From assembly GCA_045637085.1 (NCBI GenBank), contig JAZTYW010000036.1, forward strand, positions 51,220 to 115,219: a stretch of DNA of 64,000 bases, written 5' to 3'. The position numbers and the translations under genes are program-made. This DNA comes from Alistipes sp. (GTDB taxonomy: Bacteria; Bacteroidota; Bacteroidia; Bacteroidales; Rikenellaceae). The notes under the pieces are model-generated. The model saw nothing but the letters and a program-made list of their open reading frames with translations. It did not search any database and was not told the DNA's origin. Of the stretch, positions 1 through 10,005 are shown piece by piece (the stretch's first letter is position 1; every line of letters begins with the position of its first letter).

Positions 1-530
1 CGTGGATTAAGCATCAATGCCTGATAACCGAGCATGATGTCGTATTTGCAGTGGCTGTCGGGGGTCTGGATGCGGAAACCGACACCGCCAGCACCTGTAG
101 CACCAAAGCGCAAGCCCTTGTCGAAGAGTACGTTAGTACCCAGGTTCAAGAAGTTGAACAGGCAGTTCTTGCGTGTGCCATAGAAGTAGTGTGCTGTAGC
201 GTAGATGGGCACCGATGTGTAGTCATACTGTATCTGCGCGCCGAGCTCCATGCCCACCTTCCAGTGGTTGTTGATGTAGTAGCCACCATTGAGCATGATG
301 TTGCCACCGAACTTGGCGTGTGCCTTATATGCACTCACGGGTGACTCGTTTGCCACGCGCATGTAGTCGAGCTCGTAGAATATGAGGTTGGCACGACCTG
401 CTGCGCCCCACTCCCAACCGGAGTAGTGTCGTGTTTTACGCTCAATCTCCTCGGCTGTCTCGCGACGCTTGGCATCGGCATTGGTAATGCCCACAAGTGC
501 AAGTAGTATAAAAAGTAGTATCTTCTTCAT
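1..530 (-). CDS. Exported, probable outer-membrane beta-barrel protein (partial, runs off the window start)
   Basis: Manual translation from ATG at 530: MKKILLFILLALVGITNADAKRRE...GGNIMLNGGYYINNHWKVGMELGAQIQYDY...; signal peptide followed by alternating beta-strand pattern; lies downstream of galE; not in the ORF track. Confidence 0.65.
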   Translation of the reverse strand, partial: MKKILLFILLALVGITNADAKRRETAEEIERKTRHYSGWEWGAAGRANLIFYELDYMRVANESPVSAYKAHAKFGGNIMLNGGYYINNHWKVGMELGAQIQYDYTSVPIYATAHYFYGTRKNCLFNFLNLGTNVLFDKGLRFGATGAGGVGFRIQTPDSHCKYDIMLGYQALMLNP

Positions 531-585
531 GTCTAAATTGATAGTGTTTGTCTATATATAACGACAGAGTTATTCACTCTATTGC

Positions 586-1608
586 CTAAATTCCTCTTAC
601 GTGGCGCTCCCATGCCCATGCTGCACGCAGTGTGTCGCGCAACTCGCGCTCTGCACGCCAGCCAAGAACCTCGTTTGCACGTGTTGTGTCTGCCCATACG
701 GCTGTTACGTCACCTGCACGGCGGGGTGCAACCTTGTAGTTGAGTTTCAGGTTGTTGGCCTCCTCGAAGCCGTGCACAAGCTCAAATACCGATACGGGCT
801 TGCCAGTGCCGATGTTGAATACCTCGTAGCGTTCTGTGTTACGCTTGTTCACCATGCGGTCGATAGCCACGACGTGAGCGCGTGCGAGGTCCACGATATC
901 GATGTAGTCACGGAGGCATGAACCGTCGGGTGTGGGGTAGTCGTCACCGAAGATGCTCAGACACTCGCGGATGCCTGCGGCTGTCTGCGTGATGTAGGGT
1001 ACAAGGTTGTTGGGTACACCGCGTGGTAGCTCGCCGATGAGCGCCGTGGGGTGTGCACCGATGGGGTTGAAGTAGCGCAAGGCAATGCCCGAGAGACCCT
1101 CTGTTGCAGCGACCATATCGCGGAGGATATCCTCGCTCATCTGCTTGGTGTTTCCGTAGGGTGATGTTGCGGGCTTGCGTGGTGTTAGCTCCGTAACGGG
1201 GAGCACATCGGCATCACCATATACCGTAGCCGAACTTGAGAATACCACATTCTTGCGCTCGTACTCCTTCATCAACTCGAGGATGTTGACCAACGAGACG
1301 AGGTTGTTGCGGTAGTATTTCATGGGCTCTGCCACCGACTCGCCCACAGCCTTGAATGCGGCAAAGTGGATAGCCGAGTCGAAGTCGTGGGCCTCGAAGA
1401 TGCGGCGCATAGCCTCCTTGTCGCAGCAGTCTGCCTCGATGAAGGTGGGTGCTACGCCCGTAATCTTGCGGATGCCCTCTAATGATGAGGCATCGCTATT
1501 TGAGAAGTTATCGACGATGATAACCTCATATCCTGCATTGATAAGTTCAACGGCGGTGTGCGAACCGATATATCCTGCGCCACCTGCCACTAATACTCTT
1601 TTGTTCAT
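586..1608 (-). CDS. galE: UDP-glucose 4-epimerase
   Basis: GGAGYIGSH NAD-binding motif, FSSSATVYG, YGNTK catalytic YxxxK, LRYFNPIGAH; start taken at MNKRVL (1608), downstream of a -7 box at 1630-1637. Confidence 0.95.
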   Translation of the reverse strand: MNKRVLVAGGAGYIGSHTAVELINAGYEVIIVDNFSNSDASSLEGIRKITGVAPTFIEADCCDKEAMRRIFEAHDFDSAIHFAAFKAVGESVAEPMKYYRNNLVSLVNILELMKEYERKNVVFSSSATVYGDADVLPVTELTPRKPATSPYGNTKQMSEDILRDMVAATEGLSGIALRYFNPIGAHPTALIGELPRGVPNNLVPYITQTAAGIRECLSIFGDDYPTPDGSCLRDYIDIVDLARAHVVAIDRMVNKRNTERYEVFNIGTGKPVSVFELVHGFEEANNLKLNYKVAPRRAGDVTAVWADTTRANEVLGWRAERELRDTLRAAWAWERHVRGI

Positions 1609-1629
1609 AGATCCACAATTTTCATCATA

Positions 1630-1740
1630 CAAAGATAAAAATTTTATCGCAAACAGCGGCTCTTCGGTGATAGATTTTTGTGTGTAACTCAAAAATAGTG
1701 CATGGCGAGGATAATTTATGAAATAAATTTAATAACTTTG
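1630..1740. promoter_or_regulatory. Divergent Bacteroidetes sigma-A promoters for galE and lysC
   Basis: TATCTTTG on the minus strand (1630-1637) and TAACTTTG on the plus strand (1733-1740) match the TAnnTTTG -7 consensus. Confidence 0.6.
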
Positions 1741-1780
1741 TAGTTAGTAAATGAACATAATTTTATAATCATAAATATTT

Positions 1781-3034
1781 ATGAAAGTATACAAATTTGG
1801 AGGTGCTTCGGTTAAGAATGCGGATGGTGTGCGCAACCTCCTCAATATAGTAAGTGGCGAGAGTGAACTATTTATCATCGTCTCGGCGATGGGCAAGACT
1901 ACAAATGCCCTTGAGGGTGTCTTTGCCGCTATGCAGCAGGGTGACGAGGCGTTGGCTATGAGCCGCATTGACGAGAGCTACGCCTATCACCGCACAATTA
2001 TCGACAACCTTATGGGTGCCGACATCACCATTGACCAGGTGGACTCGCTCTTTGGGCAGTTGCGCAACATCGTGCGTAACACCATCTATCGTGCTTCGGA
2101 TGCCGAGTTGTGGTACGATACTATCGTAGCCTTTGGCGAGCTGGTATCTACGACAATCATATCGAACTACCTCAATGGCCATGGCGTAGCGAACCGCTGG
2201 GTCGATATGCGTCGTGCCTTCCTCACTGAGCAGCGACATAAGGATGCTAACGTAAACCTCGAGGCTACGGCGGTGCGCCTCAAGCGCGAGATTGCCGACA
2301 GTCCCGTCAGCGTATTCGTGGGTCAGGGCTTTATTGGTGGTGCTCCCGATGGCACAACAACGACCCTAGGTCGTGAGGGCTCGGACTACTCGGCAGCCAT
2401 CGTGGCGAATGTCCTCGATGCGGAGTCTATGAGCGTGTGGAAGGATGTTGATGGCATCCTTAATGCCGACCCCAAGAAGTTCCCCGATGCCAAGAAGATT
2501 GAGCGCCTCAACTACATGGATACCATAGAGATGGCGTACAGTGGTGCGCAGATTATCCACCCCAAGACCATTAAGCCACTGCAGCAGAAGAACATCCCAC
2601 TCTATGTTCGCCCCTTTGGCGATAAGCATGCTAAGGGTTCGGTGATTACGGGCGATGTGGAGCGTGCCTACGAGCCCATCATGATACACAAGGAGAATCA
2701 GGTGTTGCTAAAACTCCACTCGCGCGATTTGTCATTTGTGCTTGAGGAGAAGTTCGCACGTCTCTTCGCTACCTTCGACAGCCACCGCATACGCATTAAC
2801 CTTGTGCACAACTCGGCCGTGGACCTCTACATCGCCGTGGATGCCTCATGGCATATAGACGAGGCTATCTCGGAGCTTATGGCTGATGGCTTCGATGTGG
2901 AGAAGCAGGAGGATGTAGTGCTTGTGACCATACGCTACTACAACGATGAGTTGTATCGTCAGTATGCCTTCGATGAGCGCATCGTAATCAAGCAGACTAC
3001 GCCACACTCATTACGTTTTGTTCGCACTAAATAG
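1781..3034 (+). CDS. lysC: Aspartate kinase
   Basis: KFGGASV N-terminus, VSAMGKTT, TTTLGREGSDYSA, WKDVDGILNADP, IHPKT; C-terminal ACT-like region. Confidence 0.92.
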   Translation: MKVYKFGGASVKNADGVRNLLNIVSGESELFIIVSAMGKTTNALEGVFAAMQQGDEALAMSRIDESYAYHRTIIDNLMGADITIDQVDSLFGQLRNIVRNTIYRASDAELWYDTIVAFGELVSTTIISNYLNGHGVANRWVDMRRAFLTEQRHKDANVNLEATAVRLKREIADSPVSVFVGQGFIGGAPDGTTTTLGREGSDYSAAIVANVLDAESMSVWKDVDGILNADPKKFPDAKKIERLNYMDTIEMAYSGAQIIHPKTIKPLQQKNIPLYVRPFGDKHAKGSVITGDVERAYEPIMIHKENQVLLKLHSRDLSFVLEEKFARLFATFDSHRIRINLVHNSAVDLYIAVDASWHIDEAISELMADGFDVEKQEDVVLVTIRYYNDELYRQYAFDERIVIKQTTPHSLRFVRTK

Positions 3035-3045
3035 TATAGAGGAGT

Positions 3046-3942
3046 ATGAGAAAGTTTTTTGGAACACTATTTTTGGCGCTCGCCTTCTACGGCAGTGCCA
3101 ATGCACAGTTGCTCTATAAGATTTCGGGCAACGGCCTAAAATCTGCATCGTATGTCGTTGGTACCTATCACCTTGCCCCCGCATCCTTTGCTGATGAGAT
3201 TAAGGGCATGACGGATGCTTTTGCCGCTGTGGAGCAGGTCTATGGTGAGGTAGATATGCTCGATGCGCAGGCGGAGCAGATAGCGATGATGGAGGCTATG
3301 ATGCTCCCCGAGGGTAGGTATATCGACGATATGTTCTCGGCAGAGGAGATGGAGCGCATCAACGCCTATGTGCGTGGTGTGATGGGCTTAGACCTCAGCC
3401 ACCCCATGCTTCGTGAGCAGTTGGGTCGTATGCGCCCCTCGGTGTTGGCAATGCAACTCGGACTGCTTGAGTTTATGAAGATTACGCCTAACTTCAACCC
3501 CAACGACCTCATAGATAACTTCTTCCAGAAGGAGGCGCGTAAGCGTGGCTTGGTCGTTGGAGGCTTCGAGAGTGTGGAGTTCCAGATGGAGTTGCTCTAT
3601 GGTGAGAGCACCGACGAAGAGGAGCGCGAGGCGCTGCTGAAGTTGGTAGATGACAAGGAGGCGATGCTCGCGGAGATGCAGGCGATGACCGATGCCTACT
3701 TCACGTTCGACATGAAGGGCATACACGCGCTCACTATTAAGAGCGTCGAGAATGGCGAGATGACCCCTGAGGAGTTCGCCGAGATGATTACCGACCGCAA
3801 CCGCCGCTGGGTGGAGGCTATGCCCGAGATTATGGTGGCGAAGCCCACGTTGTTTGTTGTTGGTGCTGGTCACCTGCCCGGTGAGGAGGGAGTCCTTGAG
3901 TTGCTTAAAGCCTGCGGATACAAAGTAAAGGCAGTAAAGTAA
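3046..3942 (+). CDS. TraB/GumN family exported protein
   Basis: Signal peptide, LLYKISGNGL..SY..GTYH, GFESVEFQ, RNRRW and VVGAGHLPGEEG motifs. Confidence 0.85.
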   Translation: MRKFFGTLFLALAFYGSANAQLLYKISGNGLKSASYVVGTYHLAPASFADEIKGMTDAFAAVEQVYGEVDMLDAQAEQIAMMEAMMLPEGRYIDDMFSAEEMERINAYVRGVMGLDLSHPMLREQLGRMRPSVLAMQLGLLEFMKITPNFNPNDLIDNFFQKEARKRGLVVGGFESVEFQMELLYGESTDEEEREALLKLVDDKEAMLAEMQAMTDAYFTFDMKGIHALTIKSVENGEMTPEEFAEMITDRNRRWVEAMPEIMVAKPTLFVVGAGHLPGEEGVLELLKACGYKVKAVK

Positions 3943-3965
3943 TATATTGATAATCAATCATTAAT

Positions 3966-3993
3966 AAAAATAGCCCCAAGCGGGGCTATTTTT
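3966..3993. terminator. Bidirectional intrinsic terminator
   Basis: AAAAATAGCCCC-aagc-GGGGCTATTTTT between convergent genes. Confidence 0.85.
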
Positions 3994-4756
3994 AGTTTCG
4001 TATCATCGTCAGTCGCTCCCACACACAACGGGGGATGCAGCGCCAGAAGCCGACAAGAAGTCGGTAACGCCAGTCAAATATCGTGATGCGCTCGTGGCGG
4101 CGGAGTGAACGTGCCACGAACATTGCTGCACGCTCAACGCTCATAAGCATGGGATAGCGCTTGTCGGGGTTGAGTATCTCGGTGGCGACGAAACCAGGGC
4201 GTATGTCACCCACGGTGATGGGTATGTTTTCCATGCGTGCGTGCTGCGCAAGGGCGACAAGGTAGGCACTCTGCATGCTCTTTGTTGCCGAGTATGCAGG
4301 TGCGGGGCCCATGCCCATGGTGCCCGCTACGGAGGTGATGACGGCGATGTGCGCCTTATGCTCTTTGTTGTAGGCGGGAGTGCGCTTCACATAGTTGATG
4401 AAGTGGTCTACGATGCGCACCATACCCATGCAGTTGGTCTCCACGGTGCGTAGCTCCATGGCCTCGTCGAGCGTGGGATTTTGCTTGCCTATGCCCGAGG
4501 CGAAGAGTAGTGCATCGGGTGCGCCAACCTCATCAATAAGCGCGTCGAGAGCCTCGGTGGCAGATGCCTTGGTGACATCCATAACGCAGTATCTAATACG
4601 TTCAGCACCAAAGCGTTGTTGCAACTCTTTGAGACGCTCTTCGCGTCTGCCAGCAATGCCTATTCGTACGCCTTCGTTAGCGAGCCTTTCGACCACGGCT
4701 CGACCAATGCCCGAGGTAGCACCTATAATTATAACACTTCGTAAAGGGAGGCTCAT
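3992..4756 (-). CDS. Short-chain dehydrogenase/reductase
   Basis: IIGATSGIG Rossmann motif, YSATK catalytic YxxxK, RPGFVAT. Confidence 0.9.
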   Translation of the reverse strand: MSLPLRSVIIIGATSGIGRAVVERLANEGVRIGIAGRREERLKELQQRFGAERIRYCVMDVTKASATEALDALIDEVGAPDALLFASGIGKQNPTLDEAMELRTVETNCMGMVRIVDHFINYVKRTPAYNKEHKAHIAVITSVAGTMGMGPAPAYSATKSMQSAYLVALAQHARMENIPITVGDIRPGFVATEILNPDKRYPMLMSVERAAMFVARSLRRHERITIFDWRYRLLVGFWRCIPRCVWERLTMIRN

Positions 4757-4757
4757 G

Positions 4758-4955
4758 GTAATTAGTAGTTAGTAATTAGCAATTAGTAATGAGGGGGTTA
4801 TACGACGTCATTCCGAGGAGCGAAGCGACGTGGGAATCTCCTCAATGACAACACACTATCACCGTTGTCTATGGTCGGCTTCGAGTAGATTCTTCACTTC
4901 GTTCAGAATGACATTAATAATATCATTACTAATTCCTAATTCCTCATTACTCATT
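4758..4955. repeat. Composite palindromic REP-like element flanked by inverted heptamer arrays
   Basis: (TAATTAG)n-like run 4758-4793; GTCATTCCGAGGAGCGAAGCGACGTGGGAATCTC 4807-4840; GATTCTTCACTTCGTTCAGAATGACAT 4888-4914; complementary (CTAATTm)n-like run 4924-4955. Confidence 0.75.
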
Positions 4956-4988
4956 AAAAAAATAGGGCTGCCCGCGAAAGACAGCCCT
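4956..4988 (-). terminator. Intrinsic terminator after the ferredoxin gene
   Basis: AGGGCTG...CAGCCCT stem followed by a T-run on the minus strand (A-run at 4956-4962). Confidence 0.7.
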
Positions 4989-5012
4989 GGTAATCTCTAT
5001 TTCAGAGGTTGA

Positions 5013-5183
5013 TTATGCCTCAGGAGCAATAGCCTCAGAAGGACATACGCCTGCGCAAGTACCGCAGTCGATGCACTTTGAAGAGTCGATTACATAGATG
5101 TCACCTGCTGAAATTGCCTCAACTGGGCACTCGTCGATACATGTACCACATGCAACGCAAGAATCTGAAATTTTGTAAGCCAT
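5013..5183 (-). CDS. 2[4Fe-4S] ferredoxin, 56 aa
   Basis: Manual translation MAYKISDSCVACGTCIDECPVEAISAGDIYVIDSSKCIDCGTCAGVCPSEAIAPEA, two CxxCxxCxxxCP motifs; own -7 box TATATTTG at 5233-5240; below the ORF-track size cutoff. Confidence 0.95.
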   Translation of the reverse strand: MAYKISDSCVACGTCIDECPVEAISAGDIYVIDSSKCIDCGTCAGVCPSEAIAPEA

Positions 5184-5244
5184 ATTACTTAGTTTTTAAT
5201 GAGTGTTTCTTGAATAATTCAATAATCTCGTGCAAATATACACA

Positions 5245-6516
5245 TTATTTTATAAAATCAAAGCCTGTGTAGGGAATTAATGCATCAGGAATGCGAATTC
5301 CCTCCTCAGTCTGGTTGTTCTCGAGCAGTGCCGCTACGATACGTGGCAATGCAAGAGACGAGCCATTTAGTGTGTGAGCCAACTGTGTTTTGCGGTTGTC
5401 GTCGCGGTAGCGCAACTTGAGGCGGTTAGCCTGGAACGACTCGAAGTTCGATACTGATGATACCTCCAACCAGCGCTGCTGTGCCTCAGAATATACCTCA
5501 AAGTCGTAGGTGAGTGCCGAGGTGAACGACATGTCGCCACCACAGAGACGCAAGATGCGGTATGGAAGACCCAACGATGCCACGATGGACTCCACGTGTG
5601 CTACCATAGCGTCGAGAGCCTCGTATGAGTTGTCGGGGTGTGCCACCTGCACGATCTCCACCTTGTCGAACTGGTGAAGGCGGTTAAGGCCACGCACATC
5701 CTTACCATATGAGCCCGCCTCGCGACGGAAACATGGGGTGTAGGCAGTCATCTTCACGGGCAACTCGCTCTGCTCGAGGATGACATCGCGGAAGATGTTC
5801 GTAACGGGAACCTCAGCAGTGGGCACGAGGTAGTAGCCATCGGCTGTTGCGTGGTACATCTGACCCTCCTTATCGGGGAGCTGACCTGTACCGAAGCCCG
5901 AAGCCTCGTTCACCATGATTGGAGGCTCAACCTCCTGATAACCAGCCGCTGTGTTGCAGTCAAGGAAGTAGTTGATGAGTGCGCGCTGGAGACGTGCGCC
6001 CTTGCCCTTATACACGGGGAAGCCTGCGCCAGTGAGCTTCACGCCGAGGTCGAAGTCGATGATGTCGTACTTCTTGGCAAGCTCCCAGTGGGGGAGTGCC
6101 TCGCCCGAGATTTTGCTCTCGCGCTCCACGAGCTTTACAACGACGTTATCCTCTGCTGTGCGACCCTCGGGAACAATGTCTGACGGCATATTAGGCAGTA
6201 GGACAATCTCGTTTTGTAACTCCTCGGCTACGCGGTCAGCCTCCTCCTTGAGCTCGTTTGAGCGAGCCTTGAGGCCTGCGACCTCAGCCTTCTTGGCCTC
6301 GGCAGCCTCCTTCTCTCCTTTACCCATGAGTGCGCCAATCTGCTTTGCTGCGGCATTCTGTGCTGCGAGGCAGTTGTCGAGCTCTACCTGCAATGCCTTG
6401 CGCTTATCGTCGAGTTCCTCGATGCGTGCGATGATAGGTGCAGCATCCACACCCTTCTTCTGAAGGCGGCGAATCGCCTCCTCTTTATTCTCTCGTAATT
6501 GCTTGAGTGTAAGCAT
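5245..6516 (-). CDS. serS: Serine--tRNA ligase
   Basis: N-terminal coiled coil, LVPTAEVP, FRREAGSYGKDVRGLNRLHQFDKVE (motif 2), EVSSVSN, HTLNGS; start MLTLKQ; -7 box at 6559-6566. Confidence 0.96.
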   Translation of the reverse strand: MLTLKQLRENKEEAIRRLQKKGVDAAPIIARIEELDDKRKALQVELDNCLAAQNAAAKQIGALMGKGEKEAAEAKKAEVAGLKARSNELKEEADRVAEELQNEIVLLPNMPSDIVPEGRTAEDNVVVKLVERESKISGEALPHWELAKKYDIIDFDLGVKLTGAGFPVYKGKGARLQRALINYFLDCNTAAGYQEVEPPIMVNEASGFGTGQLPDKEGQMYHATADGYYLVPTAEVPVTNIFRDVILEQSELPVKMTAYTPCFRREAGSYGKDVRGLNRLHQFDKVEIVQVAHPDNSYEALDAMVAHVESIVASLGLPYRILRLCGGDMSFTSALTYDFEVYSEAQQRWLEVSSVSNFESFQANRLKLRYRDDNRKTQLAHTLNGSSLALPRIVAALLENNQTEEGIRIPDALIPYTGFDFIK

Positions 6517-6721
6517 ATAGGAATGTTCTGTAAATTGGTTATTTTCTCTTTCAAATGACAAATATACAACTTTATTGACAATGTTGTACTGCCTCGCACA
6601 AAAAAACACATTATAAATTACCATTTTTTCTTTTTTCTGCGCGATGTAATATTATTTTATAATATTGCTCCTCATATCTACGATTTTTTTTCTATCTTTG
6701 CACAATTATATACACATGTAA

Positions 6722-8560
6722 ATGATGACCGAGAAAAAGAGATATATCGAGCTGTTATCCCCTGCCCGTAACTACGATGCCGCTATTGCCGCTATCGACT
6801 GCGGTGCAGATGCGCTATATATTGGTGCCGAGAGCTTTGGAGCGCGCCGTGGTGCTACGAACACCACCGACGACATCGCCCGCGTGGTGGACTATGCCCA
6901 TCTGTTTGGTGTTAAGGTCTTCGTGACGCTCAACACCATCCTCTACGAGCGTGAGCTCAAGGAGGCAGAGGCGTTGGCTCGCAGACTTATAGCCATAGGT
7001 GTGGATGCTCTTATCGTGCAGGATATGGCATACCGCGAGATGAACCTCCCCGTGGAGCTACACGCCTCAACACAGGTTTGCAACATGACTCCCGAGGGTG
7101 CTAAGTTCTTGGAACAGAGTGGCTTTTCACGCGTGATATTGGAGCGCGCGCTCTCGCTGGACGAGATTAAGGCCATACGCGCGGCTACGGAGGTGGATCT
7201 CGAGTGCTTCATCCATGGCGCTATATGTGTGGGACATAGTGGCCGCTGCTACCTGTCGCGTTCGCAGTCCTCGCGCTCGGGCAACCGTGGCGAGTGCTCG
7301 CAGCCCTGCCGTCTTACATACGACCTCGTTACGGAGCACGGTGAGAAGTTGATGAGTGGAAAGCACCTGCTCTCGGTCAAGGATTTCGACCTCTCGGAGC
7401 GTATCGGCGACCTCATAGATGCGGGCGTTGTGTCGTTCAAGATTGAGGGCAGACTAAAGGATGACAACTATATAAAAAATGTCGTTAGCTACTACCGCCG
7501 CAAGATAGACGAGGCGTTGGCTTCGCGTCCTGAGTGTGTGCGTGCCTCGGTGGGTCGCTCAGAGATAGAGTTCGAGCCCGATCCCAAGAAGAGTTTTACG
7601 CGCGACGGTGGCGAGTATATGTTCTCGGGTAAGAGGGCGGGTGTCGCCTCGTTCCTCACGCCCAAGGCTGTGGGTGAGTATGTGGGCTGCGTGGCTACAA
7701 CGTCGAAGCGCGACTTCAAACTTGTGGGCAAGATGCCGCTAAATGCTGGTGATGGCATCTGCGTGATTACCCCTGAGGGCATTGTGGGCACAAATGTCAA
7801 CCGCGTGGAGGGTAACCTTGTCGAGCCCAACCGCATGGATGGCATCAAGGCGGGCATGGAGGTGTACCGCAACTACGACCATCGCTTCACACAGGCCGTT
7901 GAGCGCAGTCGCACACGCCGTGCTGTCGATGCAGAGTGTCGCGTTGTGCTGACGGCCGAGGGTATAAGTGTAACCTACACCGATGAGGAGGGTTTCAGCG
8001 TGAGTGTGGAGCGCAGTGTGGCTCTGGATGCCGCAAAGAGCGTCGATAAGATGCGCTCGGTTGCCGAGGAGCAGATGGCTAAGAGTGGCGACAGCATCTT
8101 CCGCGTTGTGAGTGTCAATGTTGAGGGTGCCGAGTGGTTTGCTACGGCGAAGGTGCTGGCCGAGGTGCGCCGTGAGGCATTGTCTATGTTGGCGGTAAAG
8201 CGCATGATGCGCACCATGGAGCACGACATACGCACCGATAGTGGCGAGGCGCACTTCCCCGTGCAGAGGCTCGGTGCGGAGTATAACGTCGTAAACTCGC
8301 TTTCTCGCCGCTTCTACACCAAGCATGGCGTGGAGCATATTGTTGATGGTCTCGACCTCTGGGCTACGACCATTGGTGAGCGCGTTATGGAGTCGAGCTA
8401 CTGCATACGTCGCGAGATTGGCGAGTGTCTGAAAAAGGGTAGTAAGCTCCGCGATAGACTATACATCGAGCATGGTCGCCACCGCTACCGTCTCGACTTC
8501 GACTGCGCAAAGTGCCGCATGTCGCTTATCGATTGTACAAACAATGAAAACAGAAGATAA
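6722..8560 (+). CDS. rlhA: U32 peptidase-family protein with C-terminal extension, RlhA-like (23S rRNA hydroxylation)
   Basis: ELLSPA, GADALYIG, HASTQ, IHGAICV..SGRC, NRGECSQPCR, FKIEGR; about 610 aa, as in RlhA-type members; -7 box at 6693-6700. Confidence 0.75.
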   Translation: MMTEKKRYIELLSPARNYDAAIAAIDCGADALYIGAESFGARRGATNTTDDIARVVDYAHLFGVKVFVTLNTILYERELKEAEALARRLIAIGVDALIVQDMAYREMNLPVELHASTQVCNMTPEGAKFLEQSGFSRVILERALSLDEIKAIRAATEVDLECFIHGAICVGHSGRCYLSRSQSSRSGNRGECSQPCRLTYDLVTEHGEKLMSGKHLLSVKDFDLSERIGDLIDAGVVSFKIEGRLKDDNYIKNVVSYYRRKIDEALASRPECVRASVGRSEIEFEPDPKKSFTRDGGEYMFSGKRAGVASFLTPKAVGEYVGCVATTSKRDFKLVGKMPLNAGDGICVITPEGIVGTNVNRVEGNLVEPNRMDGIKAGMEVYRNYDHRFTQAVERSRTRRAVDAECRVVLTAEGISVTYTDEEGFSVSVERSVALDAAKSVDKMRSVAEEQMAKSGDSIFRVVSVNVEGAEWFATAKVLAEVRREALSMLAVKRMMRTMEHDIRTDSGEAHFPVQRLGAEYNVVNSLSRRFYTKHGVEHIVDGLDLWATTIGERVMESSYCIRREIGECLKKGSKLRDRLYIEHGRHRYRLDFDCAKCRMSLIDCTNNENRR

Positions 8561-8568
8561 TCTCTACT

Positions 8569-9456
8569 ATGATTAAGCAATTAACACCCCATATCCCCGA
8601 TTATGAACTCCTCGACACGGGCGAGGGCGAGAAGTTGGAGCGTTTTGGTCGCTACGTTGTGCGTCGCCCTGAGCCTCAGGCTATATGGCGCAAGAGCCTC
8701 GATAACCGCGAATGGTTGAAGGCCGATGCCTCGTTTCTGCGTGACTCGAAGAGTGAGGAGCGTGGCGAGTGGAAGTTAAAACCCGAGATGCCCTCGCGCT
8801 GGACGGTGAGATTTAACTACAAGGATATGCACCTCTCTATGCGTCTGGCGCTTACCTCGTTCAAGCATGTCGGCATCTTCCCCGAGCAGGCGGCAAACTG
8901 GGAGTTTATCTACGACACCATCCACGAGTTGCGCGATAAGGTGGGTATCGACTGCCCCAAAGTATTAAATCTCTTTGCGTATACGGGAGGTGCTACGCTT
9001 GCGGCACGCGCTGCGGGCGCTGATGTTACGCATGTCGACTCGGTTAAGCAGGTCGTTACATGGTCGCGCGAGAACATGGAGTCGTCGGGCATGGATGGCG
9101 TGCGCTGGATTGTTGAGGATGCCACAAAATTCGTGGAGCGAGAGGTGCGCCGTGGTAATAAGTATCAGGGCATCATCCTCGATCCTCCTGCCTATGGCCG
9201 TGGTGCCAATGGCGAGAAGTGGGTGTTGGAGAGCGACATCTGCCACATGCTGGAGTGTTGTGCACAGTTGCTCGAGGGTGAGAATGCCTTCCTTGTATTT
9301 AATTTGTACTCTATGGGTCTCTCGTCGATGCTGGCACGCACGGCGGTACATCAGGCCTTTGGTGTTCCCAAGCAGGAGCAGATGGGCGAGCTCTACTTCG
9401 AGGATGGCTCGAAGAAGCAGATACCATTCGGTACATACTACCGCTTCAGGAGGTAG
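8569..9456 (+). CDS. Class I SAM-dependent methyltransferase (RlmI/RlmK-like)
   Basis: VLNLFAYTG, HVDS, ILDPPAYG, GIFPEQ motifs. Confidence 0.85.
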   Translation: MIKQLTPHIPDYELLDTGEGEKLERFGRYVVRRPEPQAIWRKSLDNREWLKADASFLRDSKSEERGEWKLKPEMPSRWTVRFNYKDMHLSMRLALTSFKHVGIFPEQAANWEFIYDTIHELRDKVGIDCPKVLNLFAYTGGATLAARAAGADVTHVDSVKQVVTWSRENMESSGMDGVRWIVEDATKFVEREVRRGNKYQGIILDPPAYGRGANGEKWVLESDICHMLECCAQLLEGENAFLVFNLYSMGLSSMLARTAVHQAFGVPKQEQMGELYFEDGSKKQIPFGTYYRFRR

Positions 9457-9462
9457 CAGAGT

Positions 9463-10005
9463 ATGAGGGAGTTGCTCGAAATAGTGTGGTCTTTTTTGAA
9501 GATTGGTGCCTTCACCTTTGGTGGTGGCTACGCCATGATACCCCTTATTCAGCATGAGGTCATCAACCGCAAGAGGTGGCTCACCGAGAAGGAGTTTTCG
9601 GATTTGCTCACCCTTGCACAGGCTGCCCCAGGGCCTATATCGCTAAATACGGCGGTCTTCGTGGGATATAAGCAGCGCAAATATCTCGGCTCGTTGGCGG
9701 CAATCGTGGGCGTTGTGTTGCCCTCGTTCGTCATAATCCTGTTTGTAGCGATGTTTTTCGCTAATGTGCGCCATAACCACTGGGTCGATGCTGCATTTAA
9801 GGGCATGCGCCCCGCTGTCGTGGCACTTATCGTAGCACCCATAGTGGGACTTACGAAGGGCATGCGCTGGTGGATGGTCGCCGTGGCTTTGGCAACGGCT
9901 CTGTTGGTGTGGTACTTCGGCATCTCGCCCGTATGGTTTCTTATTGGCGGTGCTTTGTGCGGTGCTCTCTATGCCGCAAGCAGAGGAAAGGGGGTCAAAC
10001 TATGA
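9463..10005 (+). CDS. chrA: Short-chain chromate transporter, subunit 1
   Basis: FLKIGAFTFGGGYAM, AQAAPGP, LPSF motifs. Confidence 0.88.
   Translation: MRELLEIVWSFLKIGAFTFGGGYAMIPLIQHEVINRKRWLTEKEFSDLLTLAQAAPGPISLNTAVFVGYKQRKYLGSLAAIVGVVLPSFVIILFVAMFFANVRHNHWVDAAFKGMRPAVVALIVAPIVGLTKGMRWWMVAVALATALLVWYFGISPVWFLIGGALCGALYAASRGKGVKL

Noticed and set aside
1693-1780. Possible lysine riboswitch upstream of lysC
   Set aside because: The promoter box is only 40 bp from the ATG and the leader is short, AT-rich and unstructured
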